Below, one piece after another: positions 42,694 to 53,797 of a DNA stretch of 64,000 nucleotides. Made by a program: the position numbers and the translations under genes. The notes beneath the pieces were generated by a model, which was given only the letters and a program-made list of their open reading frames with translations, was not told the origin of the DNA and made no database searches. Position 1 is the stretch's first letter. Every line of letters starts with the position of its first letter. The stretch comes from Escherichia coli. GTDB lineage: Bacteria; Pseudomonadota; Gammaproteobacteria; Enterobacterales; Enterobacteriaceae. The stretch is taken from NCBI RefSeq assembly GCF_003790525.1, contig NZ_CP033635.1; one strand, given 5' to 3'.

Positions 42694-43263
42694 TTAACCT
42701 GCCGTAACACGCTTGCCGCTGGTAACAAACGTGCCAGCGCCTAAATGATGCAACGTATTGAGCTTATCATCATCAAACTGCCAGCGGCCTTCGACAAATA
42801 CCCGTACGTCTGCCGCTGCAGATACCACTTCGCCAAATAGCGAATCGTATTTTTCTTGCGCGGAAGTTGCAGGTAGCAGGCGACACTCCATCCACGCCAG
42901 ACATTTTTCCTCGACCAGCGGCAAACCAAGCACCGGGCCTTTCACAACCGGAATACCATAGCAATTAAACTTATCTTCATCACGCCCCGACACACTTCCC
43001 ACCGCCCACGTCCAGTTAGTTGCTGCAACGCCCGGGATAACGATGCCAAATTTACCGTTACGTTCAATCAACTCCCTGGTCCATGTCGATTTATCTACCA
43101 CAATCGCGACGCGTGGCGGTTCAAACTCCACCGGCATTGACCAGGCTGCAGCCATAATGTTACGCCGCTGGGATTGCTCATCGAAACTGGTGATCATGAC
43201 AGTTGGGCCATGATTTAACAGACGGCTGGCATGGTGTAATTCGACGGGGATGAATCGGCTCAC
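42694..43263 (-). CDS. yddH: Flavin reductase-like protein YddH
   Basis: 189-aa ORF adjacent to pptA. Confidence 0.85.
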   Translation of the reverse strand: MSRFIPVELHHASRLLNHGPTVMITSFDEQSQRRNIMAAAWSMPVEFEPPRVAIVVDKSTWTRELIERNGKFGIVIPGVAATNWTWAVGSVSGRDEDKFNCYGIPVVKGPVLGLPLVEEKCLAWMECRLLPATSAQEKYDSLFGEVVSAAADVRVFVEGRWQFDDDKLNTLHHLGAGTFVTSGKRVTAG

Positions 43264-43437
43264 GGTATCGCCTCGCTAAGAAGGGTGTTTTAAAAGCGTA
43301 GCTCGTAACGCTATAAGTAACGAAATTAACGGGATTGGCGATTTGCGAACGTGATGCATGTCCGCGATCGCACAAAATAGCCGGTGCAGCGTCTATTCCA
43401 GGTTATAAGTTGAGAAAACCACTAAGGGAAACGCCTG

Positions 43438-44283
43438 ATGACGCCCATTCTGAATCATTATTTTGCCCGTATTAACTGGTCGGGAGCTGCTGCGGCCAAT
43501 ATTGATACGCTGCGTGCATTGCACCTGAAACACAATTGCACCATTCCATTTGAAAACCTCGACGTTTTGCTGCCAAGGGAAATACAGCTTGATGATCAAT
43601 CGCTGGAAGAGAAACTGGTGACAGCCCGTCGTGGCGGTTACTGTTTTGAGCAGAATGGCGTGTTTGAGCGTGTGTTACGCGAGCTGGGGTTTAACGTTCG
43701 CAGCTTGTTAGGGCGCGTAGTGTTATCAAATCCGCCAGCATTACCGCCGCGCACCCATCGTTTGTTGTTGGTGGAACTGGAAGGGGAAAAATGGATTGCT
43801 GATGTCGGTTTCGGTGGACAGACGCTAACCGCGCCGATTCGGTTAGTTCCCGAGCTCGTGCAGACCACGCCACACGGAGAGTATCGGTTGTTGCAGGAGG
43901 GTGATGATTGGGTGTTGCAGTTTAATCATCATCAGCACTGGCAGTCGATGTACCGTTTTGATCTCTGCGAGCAGCAACAAAGCGATTATGTGATGGGCAA
44001 TTTCTGGTCGGCGCATTGGCCGCAGTCGCATTTTCGCCATCATTTGCTGATGTGCCGCCATTTACCGGACGGCGGCAAGCTGACACTGACCAATTTTCAT
44101 TTTACCCATTATGAAAATGGGCACGCAGTTGAGCAGCGAAATCTACCAGATGTGGCGTCGTTATATGCCGTGATGCAGGAACAGTTTGGTCTGGGCGTAG
44201 ATGATGCGAAACATGGCTTTACTGTGGATGAGTTAGCGCTGGTGATGGCGGCGTTTGATACGCACCCGGAGGCGGGAAAATAA
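43438..44283 (+). CDS. nhoA: Arylamine N-acetyltransferase / N-hydroxyarylamine O-acetyltransferase
   Basis: 281-aa ORF with NAT catalytic Cys context (RRGGYCFEQN). Confidence 0.92.
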   Translation: MTPILNHYFARINWSGAAAANIDTLRALHLKHNCTIPFENLDVLLPREIQLDDQSLEEKLVTARRGGYCFEQNGVFERVLRELGFNVRSLLGRVVLSNPPALPPRTHRLLLVELEGEKWIADVGFGGQTLTAPIRLVPELVQTTPHGEYRLLQEGDDWVLQFNHHQHWQSMYRFDLCEQQQSDYVMGNFWSAHWPQSHFRHHLLMCRHLPDGGKLTLTNFHFTHYENGHAVEQRNLPDVASLYAVMQEQFGLGVDDAKHGFTVDELALVMAAFDTHPEAGK

Positions 44284-44294
44284 TTTATGTCAGG

Positions 44295-44372
44295 TTGCCG
44301 GATGTGGCGTAAATGCCTAATCCGGCATACATTAGTCCGGTTGTAGGCCTGATAAGCGAAGCGCATCAGGCA
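44295..44372. repeat. BIME: two REP elements in the nhoA-yddE intergenic region
   Basis: TGCCGGATGTGGCGTAAATGCCTAATCCGGCATAC and GTAGGCCTGATAAGCGAAGCGCATCAGGCA, classic REP palindromes. Confidence 0.75.
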
Positions 44373-44378
44373 ACGGTT

Positions 44379-45272
44379 TCAGAGTTTAATTGCCCATTCG
44401 GCATGAAACAAAATCACCGCCGTGCCAGAAATGGTGACTTTCTCCGGTTGGTTATCACGAATTGTCACCGTCACTTCAATCACGCCGTCACGCCCTAATG
44501 CGCGCCCCTGATGGCCTTTAACACGCAACACGTTGCCATCGTGTGGCAATACGTTGTGATGTACTAACTATGCACCCATCGGGCCATTGGCATTGCCAGT
44601 CACCGGATCTTCCACAATACCAATCGCAGGCGAGAACATGCGACCATCGGTTTCGTTTTTGCCTGGGCGGATCTGGAACGGGAAGAAACCATTGCAGCCA
44701 ATCTGTTTGCTGATTGTGGTCAGCGCAGCAAGGTCAGGCGAAAGGGCGTCGATATCCACTTCCGGCTTCAGTGGAATCATCACTTTTGAGTGTCCTGTGG
44801 TAGCCACCTGGATTGGCAAGCCTTGCAAAATATCGTCTTCAGTGAGATGAAGCGCGTTGATAATCGCTGCACGTGTTTCACCTTCCAGCGGTGGTTCAAA
44901 GCCCGGCGTACCTTGCTCCAGCGAAATACGATAATCATCATTTTGCTTTTCGATAGTCACACGATGTTTTCCTGCCAGCGACGTTTGCCAGACGGTGCAA
45001 TTTCCTAAACCTAACACCTTTGCACGTACATAGTGCGCAGCTACTGTCGCGTGACCACAAATCGGAACTTCAACCGTTGGCGTAAAGTAGCGGATGCGCA
45101 CATCGCTGTCGTCGCTGTGCAGCAGAAAAGCAGTTTCCGAATGACCTAACTCGCGGGCGATAAGCTGCATTTGCGCTTCGCTAAGATTATCGGCGGGGAA
45201 AACAACACCGGCAGAATTGCCGCGAAACGGTTGAGAGGTAAAAGCATCGACGTGGTAAACCTGCGGTTTCAT
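44379..45272 (-). pseudogene. yddE: PhzF-family isomerase yddE carrying an in-frame amber (TAG) codon at codon 235; full frame would be 297 codons
   Basis: Frame MKPQVYHVDAF...GNANGPMGA-TAG-LVHHNVLPHDGNVLRVKGHQGRALG...HAEWAIKL*; the only interruption is the TAG at 44568..44570, where I recall W in K-12 YddE. Confidence 0.8.
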
Positions 45273-45351
45273 TAATGTTCTCCTGTGGCTGGAGAACTAT
45301 CATAGCCTGCAAGTGGCCGGAGAGCGAAGAGCTATCCGGCCCGCGAGAGAA

Positions 45352-46032
45352 TTAACGCCGCGAACGCACAATCTGATACCGACGAGTAAAGTACTCAAAC
45401 GGCGCGCTCCAGACATGCACCAGTCGGGTGAACGGGAAGAGCAGAAAGATGGTCATTCCAAGCACCAGATGAACGCGGAATATAAAGGCGACACCATCAA
45501 GATGCGTAGATGCACCGCCCTGGAAAGTGACAATGCTTTGCGCCCAGCCCACCAGCTTCATCATTTCACTGCCGTCCGGATGTTGTGCTGAAAAAGGAAT
45601 GGTGGTTAACCCAAGAATGCACTGAATTAACAAAATGGCGAGGATCAGGATATCCGCACCAGAAGACGTCGCCCTGATACGCGGATTTGTTAAACGACGC
45701 ACCAGTAGCCCCGCACCGCCAATCAGCGTCAATACCCCGCATATTCCGCCGAGGATCATCGCCATCTGCTGTTTTACCGCCACCGGCAGAAACCACGCGT
45801 ACATCCAGTGCGGTGTTAACATGCCGAACAGGTGCCCGAAGAAAATCCCCAAAATGCCAATATGGAACAGATTCGACCATATCACCATCCCGCGTTTATC
45901 GAGCATTTGACTTGAGGAGGCGCGCCAGGTGTACTGCCCGTAGTCATAGCGCAGCCAGCTGCCAAGGAAAAACACCGTCGCACAAATGTACGGGTAGATA
46001 TCGTAAAAAAAGACGTTCAGATACTGAATCAT
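45352..46032 (-). CDS. narV: Nitrate reductase Z gamma subunit (cytochrome b)
   Basis: 226-aa multi-TM ORF, last gene of the narZYWV cluster. Confidence 0.93.
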   Translation of the reverse strand: MIQYLNVFFYDIYPYICATVFFLGSWLRYDYGQYTWRASSSQMLDKRGMVIWSNLFHIGILGIFFGHLFGMLTPHWMYAWFLPVAVKQQMAMILGGICGVLTLIGGAGLLVRRLTNPRIRATSSGADILILAILLIQCILGLTTIPFSAQHPDGSEMMKLVGWAQSIVTFQGGASTHLDGVAFIFRVHLVLGMTIFLLFPFTRLVHVWSAPFEYFTRRYQIVRSRR

Positions 46033-46724
46033 TTCCCACCTCCCGCACTGATGTCGACATATTGCGGCGCGACATCCTGGCTAAAGCGTCGCTGATATTG
46101 ATTAAGCGGCGAGCTGTCACACGCCGTGGCGTTATCTTCAATAAACTTCACCTGTTCCTCTTCCCACACCGCATCCAGTGCCTGGCGGGTGTCATCGCGC
46201 TCCTCACTGTTCACCTGTTTTGTGACACTGTCACTTGAAAGTGTACTTCCTGCCAGTTGCAACAGGGTGTCAAATAACGCGTACCACGGTGCCTCGCGTT
46301 GTTTTAAGCGTCCGCCAAGCAGGGCGAGGATCGGCGCAACGTTGAGCAAGCCTTCTTTCGCCTGATCGTCCGGCAGTACGCTTAAGTACTCCAGATACAG
46401 CGGTAGATAATCGGGCAGTTCTCGACAATCCAACTGCAGGCCGACCTTTTCATACTCCGCCAGCAGGTCCACCATTGCCTGGCCGCGATCGCGGGACTCG
46501 GCATGAACATGTTCGAACAGCAGCAGCGATGTGGTACGTCCACGGTCAAACACTTCGCACCATTCGGCCTGTTTATCCAGCAGCGGCGCGTTAAGCAGGT
46601 TGCGGGTAAAATCCGTAAGCATCGGTGCGTCGCGGCGGATCAACGCCAGCGCGTCCTCCTTACATTCCCACAACAGCTCGTCCGGATACTCCATCAACAG
46701 GCCGATCACTTTGAGGATCTGCAT
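46029..46724 (-). CDS. narW: Nitrate reductase Z assembly chaperone
   Basis: 231-aa ORF (NarJ family) between narY and narV, 4-bp overlaps. Confidence 0.93.
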   Translation of the reverse strand: MQILKVIGLLMEYPDELLWECKEDALALIRRDAPMLTDFTRNLLNAPLLDKQAEWCEVFDRGRTTSLLLFEHVHAESRDRGQAMVDLLAEYEKVGLQLDCRELPDYLPLYLEYLSVLPDDQAKEGLLNVAPILALLGGRLKQREAPWYALFDTLLQLAGSTLSSDSVTKQVNSEERDDTRQALDAVWEEEQVKFIEDNATACDSSPLNQYQRRFSQDVAPQYVDISAGGGK

Positions 46725-48268
46725 TATTCGCCCTCCGCTTTGTCGCGCACTTCGGTGATGTTGATGGCATCGATACGGCTACTGTTGAACAGGTTGAATT
46801 TGCTGTCCGAGCCGTGGCAACCGTCGCCAAAGGTAAAACCGCAGCCGTTGCGTTCTGCGAAGGCATCGCCCGCCATTTCCCGATGGCTTGTCGGGATGAC
46901 AAAACGGTCTTCATAGTTGGCAATGGCGAGGTAACGATACATCTCTTCGACCTGGGCGACGCTCAGACCTACTTCGTCGATGGCACGAGTATCAGTAACG
47001 CCTTCCACGGTTTGTGAACGCATATAGTGGCGCATCGCCATCATCCGTTTCAGCGCCCGCAGTACCGGACCGGTATCACCGGCACTCAACATATTGGCGA
47101 GATATTGCACCGGAATACGCAGGCTTTCGATGGCGGGCAGCACGCCTTCGCTTTTCGGCAAACCTCCCGCATCAGCGTAGGACTGAATCGGTGACAGCGG
47201 CGGAACGTACCAGACCATCGGCAGGGTGCGGTATTCAGGGTGCAGCGGTAGCGCCAGTTTCCAGTCCATTGCCATTTTGTAGACTGGCGAACGCTGGGCA
47301 GCGTCAATCACGTTTTGTGGAATACCTTGTTTCAGGGCTTCCTCGATCACCGAGGGATCGTGCGGATCGAGGAACACTTCGCACTGGCGTTCATAGAGGT
47401 CAACTTCGCGCTCGGTGCTCGCCGCTTCCTCGATGCGGTCGGCGTCGTAAAGCAGCACGCCCAGATATCGGATGCGACCCACGCAGGTTTCTGAGCACAC
47501 GGTGGGTTGGCCTGACTCAATTCGTGGGTAACAGAAGATGCATTTTTCTGACTTGCCGCTTTTCCAGTTGAAGTAGATTTTTTTGTACGGACAACCGCTA
47601 ATGCACAAACGCCAGCCACGGCATTTATCCTGATCAATCAGCACAATGCCGTCTTCTTCACGTTTGTAGATAGCACCGCTTGGGCAGGTCGCCACGCAGC
47701 TGGGATTGAGGCAGTGTTCGCACAGGCGCGGCAGGTACATCATGAACGTGTTTTCAAACTGCCCGTACATCTCCTTTTGCATGGCCTCGAAGTTGCGGTC
47801 GCGGGCGCGTTTTTCAAATTCGCCGCCCAACAATTCTTCCCAGTTTGGCCCCCAGATCACTTTGTCCATCCGTTTGCCGTCAATCAGTGAACGCGGGCGC
47901 GCAGTAGGAATATGTTTACCTTCTGGCGCGCTATGCAAATGTTCGTAGTCGAAGGTGAAAGGTTCGTAGTAATCATCAATCTGCGGCACCACCGGGTTGG
48001 CGAAGATTTTGGTAATCACGCCCATCTTGCTGCCCAGACGCGGGCGGATCTTGCCATTCACATCACGCACCCAGCCGCCTTGCCACTCTTCCTGATCTTC
48101 CCAGTTTTTCGGATAACCAATGCCCGGTTTGGTTTCGACGTTGTTAAACCATGCGTACTCCATGCCTTCGCGTCCGGTCCAGACGTTTTTACAGGTCACC
48201 GAACAGGTATGGCAGCCGATACATTTATCGAGGTTAAGCACCATGCCGACTTGCGAACGTATTTTCAT
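46724..48268 (-). CDS. narY: Nitrate reductase Z beta subunit (Fe-S)
   Basis: 514-aa ORF with four Cys clusters (CIGCHTCSVTC..., CEHCLNPSCVATCP...). Confidence 0.95.
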   Translation of the reverse strand: MKIRSQVGMVLNLDKCIGCHTCSVTCKNVWTGREGMEYAWFNNVETKPGIGYPKNWEDQEEWQGGWVRDVNGKIRPRLGSKMGVITKIFANPVVPQIDDYYEPFTFDYEHLHSAPEGKHIPTARPRSLIDGKRMDKVIWGPNWEELLGGEFEKRARDRNFEAMQKEMYGQFENTFMMYLPRLCEHCLNPSCVATCPSGAIYKREEDGIVLIDQDKCRGWRLCISGCPYKKIYFNWKSGKSEKCIFCYPRIESGQPTVCSETCVGRIRYLGVLLYDADRIEEAASTEREVDLYERQCEVFLDPHDPSVIEEALKQGIPQNVIDAAQRSPVYKMAMDWKLALPLHPEYRTLPMVWYVPPLSPIQSYADAGGLPKSEGVLPAIESLRIPVQYLANMLSAGDTGPVLRALKRMMAMRHYMRSQTVEGVTDTRAIDEVGLSVAQVEEMYRYLAIANYEDRFVIPTSHREMAGDAFAERNGCGFTFGDGCHGSDSKFNLFNSSRIDAINITEVRDKAEGE

Positions 48269-51200
48269 TTTTTCGCCTCCTGAACCTGATCGCGACCTTC
48301 ATCATCCAGCCAGTTAACGTTCTTCATCTTGCGGATCATGATGAATTCGTCGCGGTTCGAGCCGACGGTGCCGTAGTAGTTAAAGCCCCAGGCCAGCTGC
48401 GCGTAACCGCCAATCATATGCGTTGGTTTCGGACAAACGCGGGTGACCGAGTTATGAATGCCGCCGCGCATGCCAGTTACTTCCGAACCAGGAATATTCA
48501 TAATGCGTTCCTGGGCGTGATACATCATGGTCATACCCGGCGGTACACGTTGGCTGACCACCGCGCGGGCAGTCAGCGCGCCGTTGGCGTTAAACACTTC
48601 CACCCAGTCGTTATCGACAATGGTCAGTTCACGGGCATCGGTTTCGCTGATCCAGACAATTGGTCCACCGCGAGAGAGCGTCAGCATTAGCAGGTTTTCA
48701 CTGTAGGTTGAGTGAATGCCCCATTTCTGGTGCGGCGTCAGGAAGTTAAGTGCTTTTTCCGGGAAGCCGTTTGGCGGTATCTGGCGCATTTCACTGACGC
48801 TACGGGTGTCGATAGGCGGGCGATAAGCCACCAGGCTTTCACCAAAAGCACGCATCCACGGATGATCCTGATAGAGCTGCTGGCGTCCCGACAGCGTGCG
48901 CCACGGAATTAACTCATGAACGTTGGTGTATCCCGCGTTATAGGAAACGTGATCGCTTTCCAGACCGGACCATGTGGGGCTGGAGATAATTTTACGTGGC
49001 TGCGCCTGAATATCGCGAAAGCGAATCTTCTCGTCCTCTTTGTGCAGCGCCAGATGGGTATGTTCGCGTCCGGTGATCTCGCCCAGCGCCTGCCACGCTT
49101 TGACTGCAACATGACCGTTGGTTTCCGGTGCCAGCGCCAGAATCACTTCTGATGCGTCAATGGCGGTGTCAATCAGCGGACGCCCCTGTGCCGGGCCTTC
49201 ACGCTTGGTGTAGTTGAGTTTGCCGAGGAAATCGATTTCATCCTGGGTATTCCACGAAATCCCTTTACCGCCGTTGCCAAGTTTGTCCATCAATGGCCCG
49301 AGCGAGGTAAAGCGTTCATAGGTAGCAGGGTAGTCGCGTTCCACCGCCACAATATTGGGCGCGGTTTTACCCGGGATCAGATCGCATTCGCCTTTGCGCC
49401 AGTCGAGCACTTCACACGGCTGGGAGAGTTCTGCCGGAGAGTCATGTAGCAGTGGTTGTAATACCACGTCGGTTTCTTTGCCAAGATGACCCACGCACAG
49501 TTGCGAAAATGCTTTGGCGATACCTTTGTAGATTTCCCAGTCGCTGCGTGATTCCCACGCCGGATCGACCGCCGCAGAAAGCGGATGAATAAACGGATGC
49601 ATATCCGAGGTGTTCATATCGTCTTTTTCGTACCAGGTGGCGGTGGGCAGAACGATATCGGAGAACAGGCAGGTACTGGACATACGGAAGTCGAGCGTCA
49701 CCAGCAGGTCGAGCTTGCCTTCAATCGCCGCAGTTTGCCACTCGACTTCTTCCGGTTTGATCCCGTCGCTGGCACCGAGTTCCTCGCCCTGAATCCCGCT
49801 TTCGGTCCCCAGCAGATACTTCTGCATATACTCGTGGCCTTTGCCGGAGGAACCAAGCAGGTTAGAACGCCAGACAAACAAATTACGCGGATGATTGCTG
49901 CCGCTATCGGGTTGTTCGCAGGCCATACGTAAATCGCCCGATTTCAACGCCTGGGCGGTGAATTCTGTGGGAGATAATCCGGCCTTGTCGGCTTCAGCTT
50001 TAATCCCGAGCGGATTACGCCCCAACTGCGGCGCAGAAGGTAGCCAGCCCATACGTTCGGCGCGAACGTTGAAATCAATCAGATGACCGCTGTACTTACT
50101 GGCATCGGCAAGCGGTGAAAGTAACTCCTGAGCAGAGACTTTTTCATAGCGCCATTGGCTGGAATGATTGTAGAAAAACGAGGTGCTGTTCATCTGGCGC
50201 GGTGGTCGGTTCCAGTCGAGCGCAAAGGCCAGAGGCAGCCAGCCGGTTTGCGGGCGCAGTTTTTCCTGACCGACATAGTGTGCCCAGCCGCCACCGCTTT
50301 GCCCGACACAACCGCAGAAGATCAGCATGTTGATCATCCCACGGTAGTTCATGTCCATGTGATACCAATGGTTGACGCCAGCACCGAGGATAATCATCGA
50401 ACGCCCATGCGTTTTATGGGCGGTATCGGCAAATTCACGGGCGATGGTTTCAATATACTGGCGCGGCACGCCGGTAATTTGCTCACCCCAGGCTGGGGTG
50501 TACGGTTTGATTTCAGCGTAATCTTTCGCGCTGTTTTCATCTTCCAGCCCGCGATCGAGGCCATAATTCGCCAGTACCAAATCATAAACGCTGACGACCG
50601 GACAGGTGTTGCCATCGGCTAATGTCAGGTTTTTAACGGGCAATTGGCGCACCAGGACCGGATTGTGTTTTACGCGGCGAAAATGCGGATTTTCAATGCC
50701 GCCAAAGTAGGGGAAGGCCACGCCTGCAACGGCATCATGTTGACCGAGCAGAGTTAACGACAATTCGGTTTCCGTACCGGCGGCAATGGATTCCAGATTC
50801 CATTTGCCTTTTTCTCCCCAGCGAAAACCAATCGAACCGTTCGGCACCACCAGTTCACCTGCGGTATTAACTGCCACGGTTTTCCACTGCGGATTATTGC
50901 TTTCGCCCAGTCCATCCACCAGGTCAGATGCGCGGACCATGCGCCCGGGAACGTAGCTGCCGTCGTCGCGAGGTTCCAGCATTACCAGCATCGGCATGTC
51001 GCTGTAGCGGCGGCAGTAGTTGATAAAGTAGTCGCTGGGATTATCGAGATGAAACTCTTTTAAAATGACATGGCCCATTGCCATTGCCAGGGCACTATCA
51101 GTGCCTTGTTTCGGTGCCAGCCACTGGTCGCACAATTTGGCCACTTCAGAGTAGTCAGGGGTAATGGCGATGGTTTTAGTGCCTTTGTAGCGTACTTCGG

Positions 51201-52005
51201 TAAAGAAATGGGCGTCCGGCGTACGTGTCTGCGGTACGTTAGACCCCCAGGCGATGATGTAACTGGAGTTATACCAGTCGGCAGATTCCGGTACGTCGGT
51301 TTGCTCGCCCCAGGTCATCGGCGAGGCGGGCGGCAGGTCGCAATACCAGTCGTAGAAGCTTAAACAGGTGCCACCTAACAGCGACAGATAACGTGTTCCG
51401 GCGGCGTAAGAAACCATCGACATCGCCGGGATCGGCGAGAAACCGGCAACGCGATCCGGGCCGTAAGTTTTGATGGTCCAGACGTTAGCAGCGGCAATCA
51501 GCTGGTTTAGCTCCTGCCAGTTGGAGCGGATAAAGCCGCCGCGTCCACGTACTTGTTTGTAGCTCAGGCACTTTTGCGGATCGTTCATAATTGATGCCCA
51601 CGCCAGTACCGGATCGCTGTGTTGCTTGAGGGCTTCGCGCCACAGTTCAATCAGTCGTTTACGAATGAGCGGGTATTTCAGGCGGTTAGCGCTGTAGAGA
51701 TACCAGGAGTAACTTGCGCCACGCGGGCAGCCGCGAGGTTCGTGATTTGGCAGGTCAGGGCGAGTGCGCGGGTAGTCGGTCTGTTGGATTTCCCAGGTCA
51801 CCAGACCATTTTTAACGTAGATTTTCCAGCTACAGGAGCCTGTACAGTTAACACCGTGGGTGGAACGCACGATTTTGTCGAACTGCCAACGCTGGCGATA
51901 GCTGTCCTCCCAGTCGCGGTTGCTATGCATCACCTGTCCGTGACCATCGGCAAAGGTATCGCCCTTTTGTTTGAAGTAGCGAAAGCGATCCAAAAGTTTA
52001 CTCAT
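48265..52005 (-). CDS. narZ: Nitrate reductase Z alpha subunit (molybdopterin)
   Basis: ORF 48265..52128; start chosen at MSKLLDRFRYFKQKGDTFADGHGQ (1246 aa). Confidence 0.95.
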   Translation of the reverse strand: MSKLLDRFRYFKQKGDTFADGHGQVMHSNRDWEDSYRQRWQFDKIVRSTHGVNCTGSCSWKIYVKNGLVTWEIQQTDYPRTRPDLPNHEPRGCPRGASYSWYLYSANRLKYPLIRKRLIELWREALKQHSDPVLAWASIMNDPQKCLSYKQVRGRGGFIRSNWQELNQLIAAANVWTIKTYGPDRVAGFSPIPAMSMVSYAAGTRYLSLLGGTCLSFYDWYCDLPPASPMTWGEQTDVPESADWYNSSYIIAWGSNVPQTRTPDAHFFTEVRYKGTKTIAITPDYSEVAKLCDQWLAPKQGTDSALAMAMGHVILKEFHLDNPSDYFINYCRRYSDMPMLVMLEPRDDGSYVPGRMVRASDLVDGLGESNNPQWKTVAVNTAGELVVPNGSIGFRWGEKGKWNLESIAAGTETELSLTLLGQHDAVAGVAFPYFGGIENPHFRRVKHNPVLVRQLPVKNLTLADGNTCPVVSVYDLVLANYGLDRGLEDENSAKDYAEIKPYTPAWGEQITGVPRQYIETIAREFADTAHKTHGRSMIILGAGVNHWYHMDMNYRGMINMLIFCGCVGQSGGGWAHYVGQEKLRPQTGWLPLAFALDWNRPPRQMNSTSFFYNHSSQWRYEKVSAQELLSPLADASKYSGHLIDFNVRAERMGWLPSAPQLGRNPLGIKAEADKAGLSPTEFTAQALKSGDLRMACEQPDSGSNHPRNLFVWRSNLLGSSGKGHEYMQKYLLGTESGIQGEELGASDGIKPEEVEWQTAAIEGKLDLLVTLDFRMSSTCLFSDIVLPTATWYEKDDMNTSDMHPFIHPLSAAVDPAWESRSDWEIYKGIAKAFSQLCVGHLGKETDVVLQPLLHDSPAELSQPCEVLDWRKGECDLIPGKTAPNIVAVERDYPATYERFTSLGPLMDKLGNGGKGISWNTQDEIDFLGKLNYTKREGPAQGRPLIDTAIDASEVILALAPETNGHVAVKAWQALGEITGREHTHLALHKEDEKIRFRDIQAQPRKIISSPTWSGLESDHVSYNAGYTNVHELIPWRTLSGRQQLYQDHPWMRAFGESLVAYRPPIDTRSVSEMRQIPPNGFPEKALNFLTPHQKWGIHSTYSENLLMLTLSRGGPIVWISETDARELTIVDNDWVEVFNANGALTARAVVSQRVPPGMTMMYHAQERIMNIPGSEVTGMRGGIHNSVTRVCPKPTHMIGGYAQLAWGFNYYGTVGSNRDEFIMIRKMKNVNWLDDEGRDQVQEAKK

Positions 52006-52099
52006 GACATAACTCCTGCTCCAGGAATGAATTGGGATCTGATGCTTTGTCGGGTGCGACACGGTTGTAGCCTGATAAGACGTGTCAGGCATCGATCTC

Positions 52100-53488
52100 T
52101 TATTTTTGGCTGAACTTCCGCCGACCATAAACCAGCCAGGTCAGCAGCACACAAACGATGTAGAAGATTAAAAACACTTTCATCGCGCCCACCGGAGAGC
52201 CGGTCATATTGAGCGACATGCCAAACGCCTGCGGAATAAAAAAGCCGCCCACTGCGCCAATGGCTGAGATAAAGCCCAGAGCGGCTGCCGTTTCGGTGAC
52301 GGCTTCTCTTTGAGCTTGCTCATCACTACCGCCTTTCATCTTCACCCGATAAATGGTTATCTGGCGAAAGATGACGGCGATCATCTGGAAAGTAGAACCA
52401 CTTCCCAGACCCGCGGTCAGAAACAGCCCCATAAATACGGCGTAAAATGCGATGAAATTACCGGAGCCTGTGCCCGGTAAGGTAAGGAACAGCAGGGCGC
52501 TGAAAATCGCCATAAAAATGAAGTTGATCAACGTCACCCGCACGCCGCCGAATTTATCGGAAATAGCACCACCAAGCGATCGCGCGATGGCACCGATAAA
52601 TGGGCCAAAGAACGCCAGGCGCAGAATATTCACATCCGGGAACTGAGTTTTCGCCAGCATGGCAAAACCCGCAGAAAAACCGATAAACGAACCGAAGGTG
52701 GCAAGGTAAAGCAGGCTCAGCAGCCAGAGATGCAGGCGTTGTAACACTGGCAGCTGGTCGGCAATTGACGCGCGTGAACTGGCGATATCATTCATCCCTG
52801 ACCAGGCGGCGATCGTGGCAATCGCCAGTAATGGCACCCAAATCCATGCGGCATTCGCCAGCGACATTACCGAACCGTCGGCCTGCGGTACGCCATTGAC
52901 GCCGAGAAAGGCAAATACGGGTACAAAAATGACCAGCGGTGCAACCAGCTGCATCACACTTACACCTAAGTTTCCTAATCCGCCATTAATCCCAAGTGCG
53001 CTCCCTTGTTTGGCTTTTGGGAAGAAGAAACTGATATTGCCCATGCTCGAAGCAAAGTTCGCACCTGCAAAACCGCATAGCAAAGCGATAACGATAAATA
53101 TCCCAAAAGGAGTATTCGGATTCTGCACGGCAATTCCGAGCCAGACGCAAGGAATAATCAGGATTGCAGTACTAAAAACCGTCCATCGGCGTCCACCGAA
53201 TATAGGCACCATAAAGGAGTAGGGGACACGCAATAATGCGCCAGAAACGGAGGGTAATGCGGTTAATAAAAAGAGTTGATCGGTAGTGAAATTAAAACCG
53301 ATTTTATTGAGATTAACAGTAACTGCGCTAAATAGCATCCAGACACAGAAGGCAAGAAGTAGACAACTGACTGATATCCAGAGGTTTCTTCGTGCAATAT
53401 GTTTTCCTTTATTTTCCCAGAAGGCCGGATTTTCTGGTTTCCAGTCGCGTAAAAGATAACGACTATTTTTCTCATTTTGCAGTGCCAT
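52100..53488 (-). CDS. narU: Nitrate/nitrite transporter (MFS, NNP family)
   Basis: ORF 52100..53530; start at MALQNEKNSRYLLRDWKPENPAFWENKGK (462 aa). Confidence 0.93.
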   Translation of the reverse strand: MALQNEKNSRYLLRDWKPENPAFWENKGKHIARRNLWISVSCLLLAFCVWMLFSAVTVNLNKIGFNFTTDQLFLLTALPSVSGALLRVPYSFMVPIFGGRRWTVFSTAILIIPCVWLGIAVQNPNTPFGIFIVIALLCGFAGANFASSMGNISFFFPKAKQGSALGINGGLGNLGVSVMQLVAPLVIFVPVFAFLGVNGVPQADGSVMSLANAAWIWVPLLAIATIAAWSGMNDIASSRASIADQLPVLQRLHLWLLSLLYLATFGSFIGFSAGFAMLAKTQFPDVNILRLAFFGPFIGAIARSLGGAISDKFGGVRVTLINFIFMAIFSALLFLTLPGTGSGNFIAFYAVFMGLFLTAGLGSGSTFQMIAVIFRQITIYRVKMKGGSDEQAQREAVTETAAALGFISAIGAVGGFFIPQAFGMSLNMTGSPVGAMKVFLIFYIVCVLLTWLVYGRRKFSQK

Positions 53489-53797
53489 ATTGTTCCTCAC
53501 ATGCACACATTGGTAATGAAAAAAAGACAAAACAGGAGGTAAGGCGCAATAGCCAGTTATTAGAATTAAGGATGAATCAGGTGAAGTGCTGATTAGAAGA
53601 ATAGATAAGAAAGCGTAACTGCGGGGGCAGAATGTGGATTAGACAGACAGATATGTGTTACTAAATGTAACCATTAAACGGGGGTTAATCTTTGAACGTA
53701 TGTCATGTTTCAACCCTTCAGATCGTGAATCTAAAGGGTTGCATATTAACTATATTCTCAACAAGACCAGACACTTATAGAATTAGTGATGATTTAT

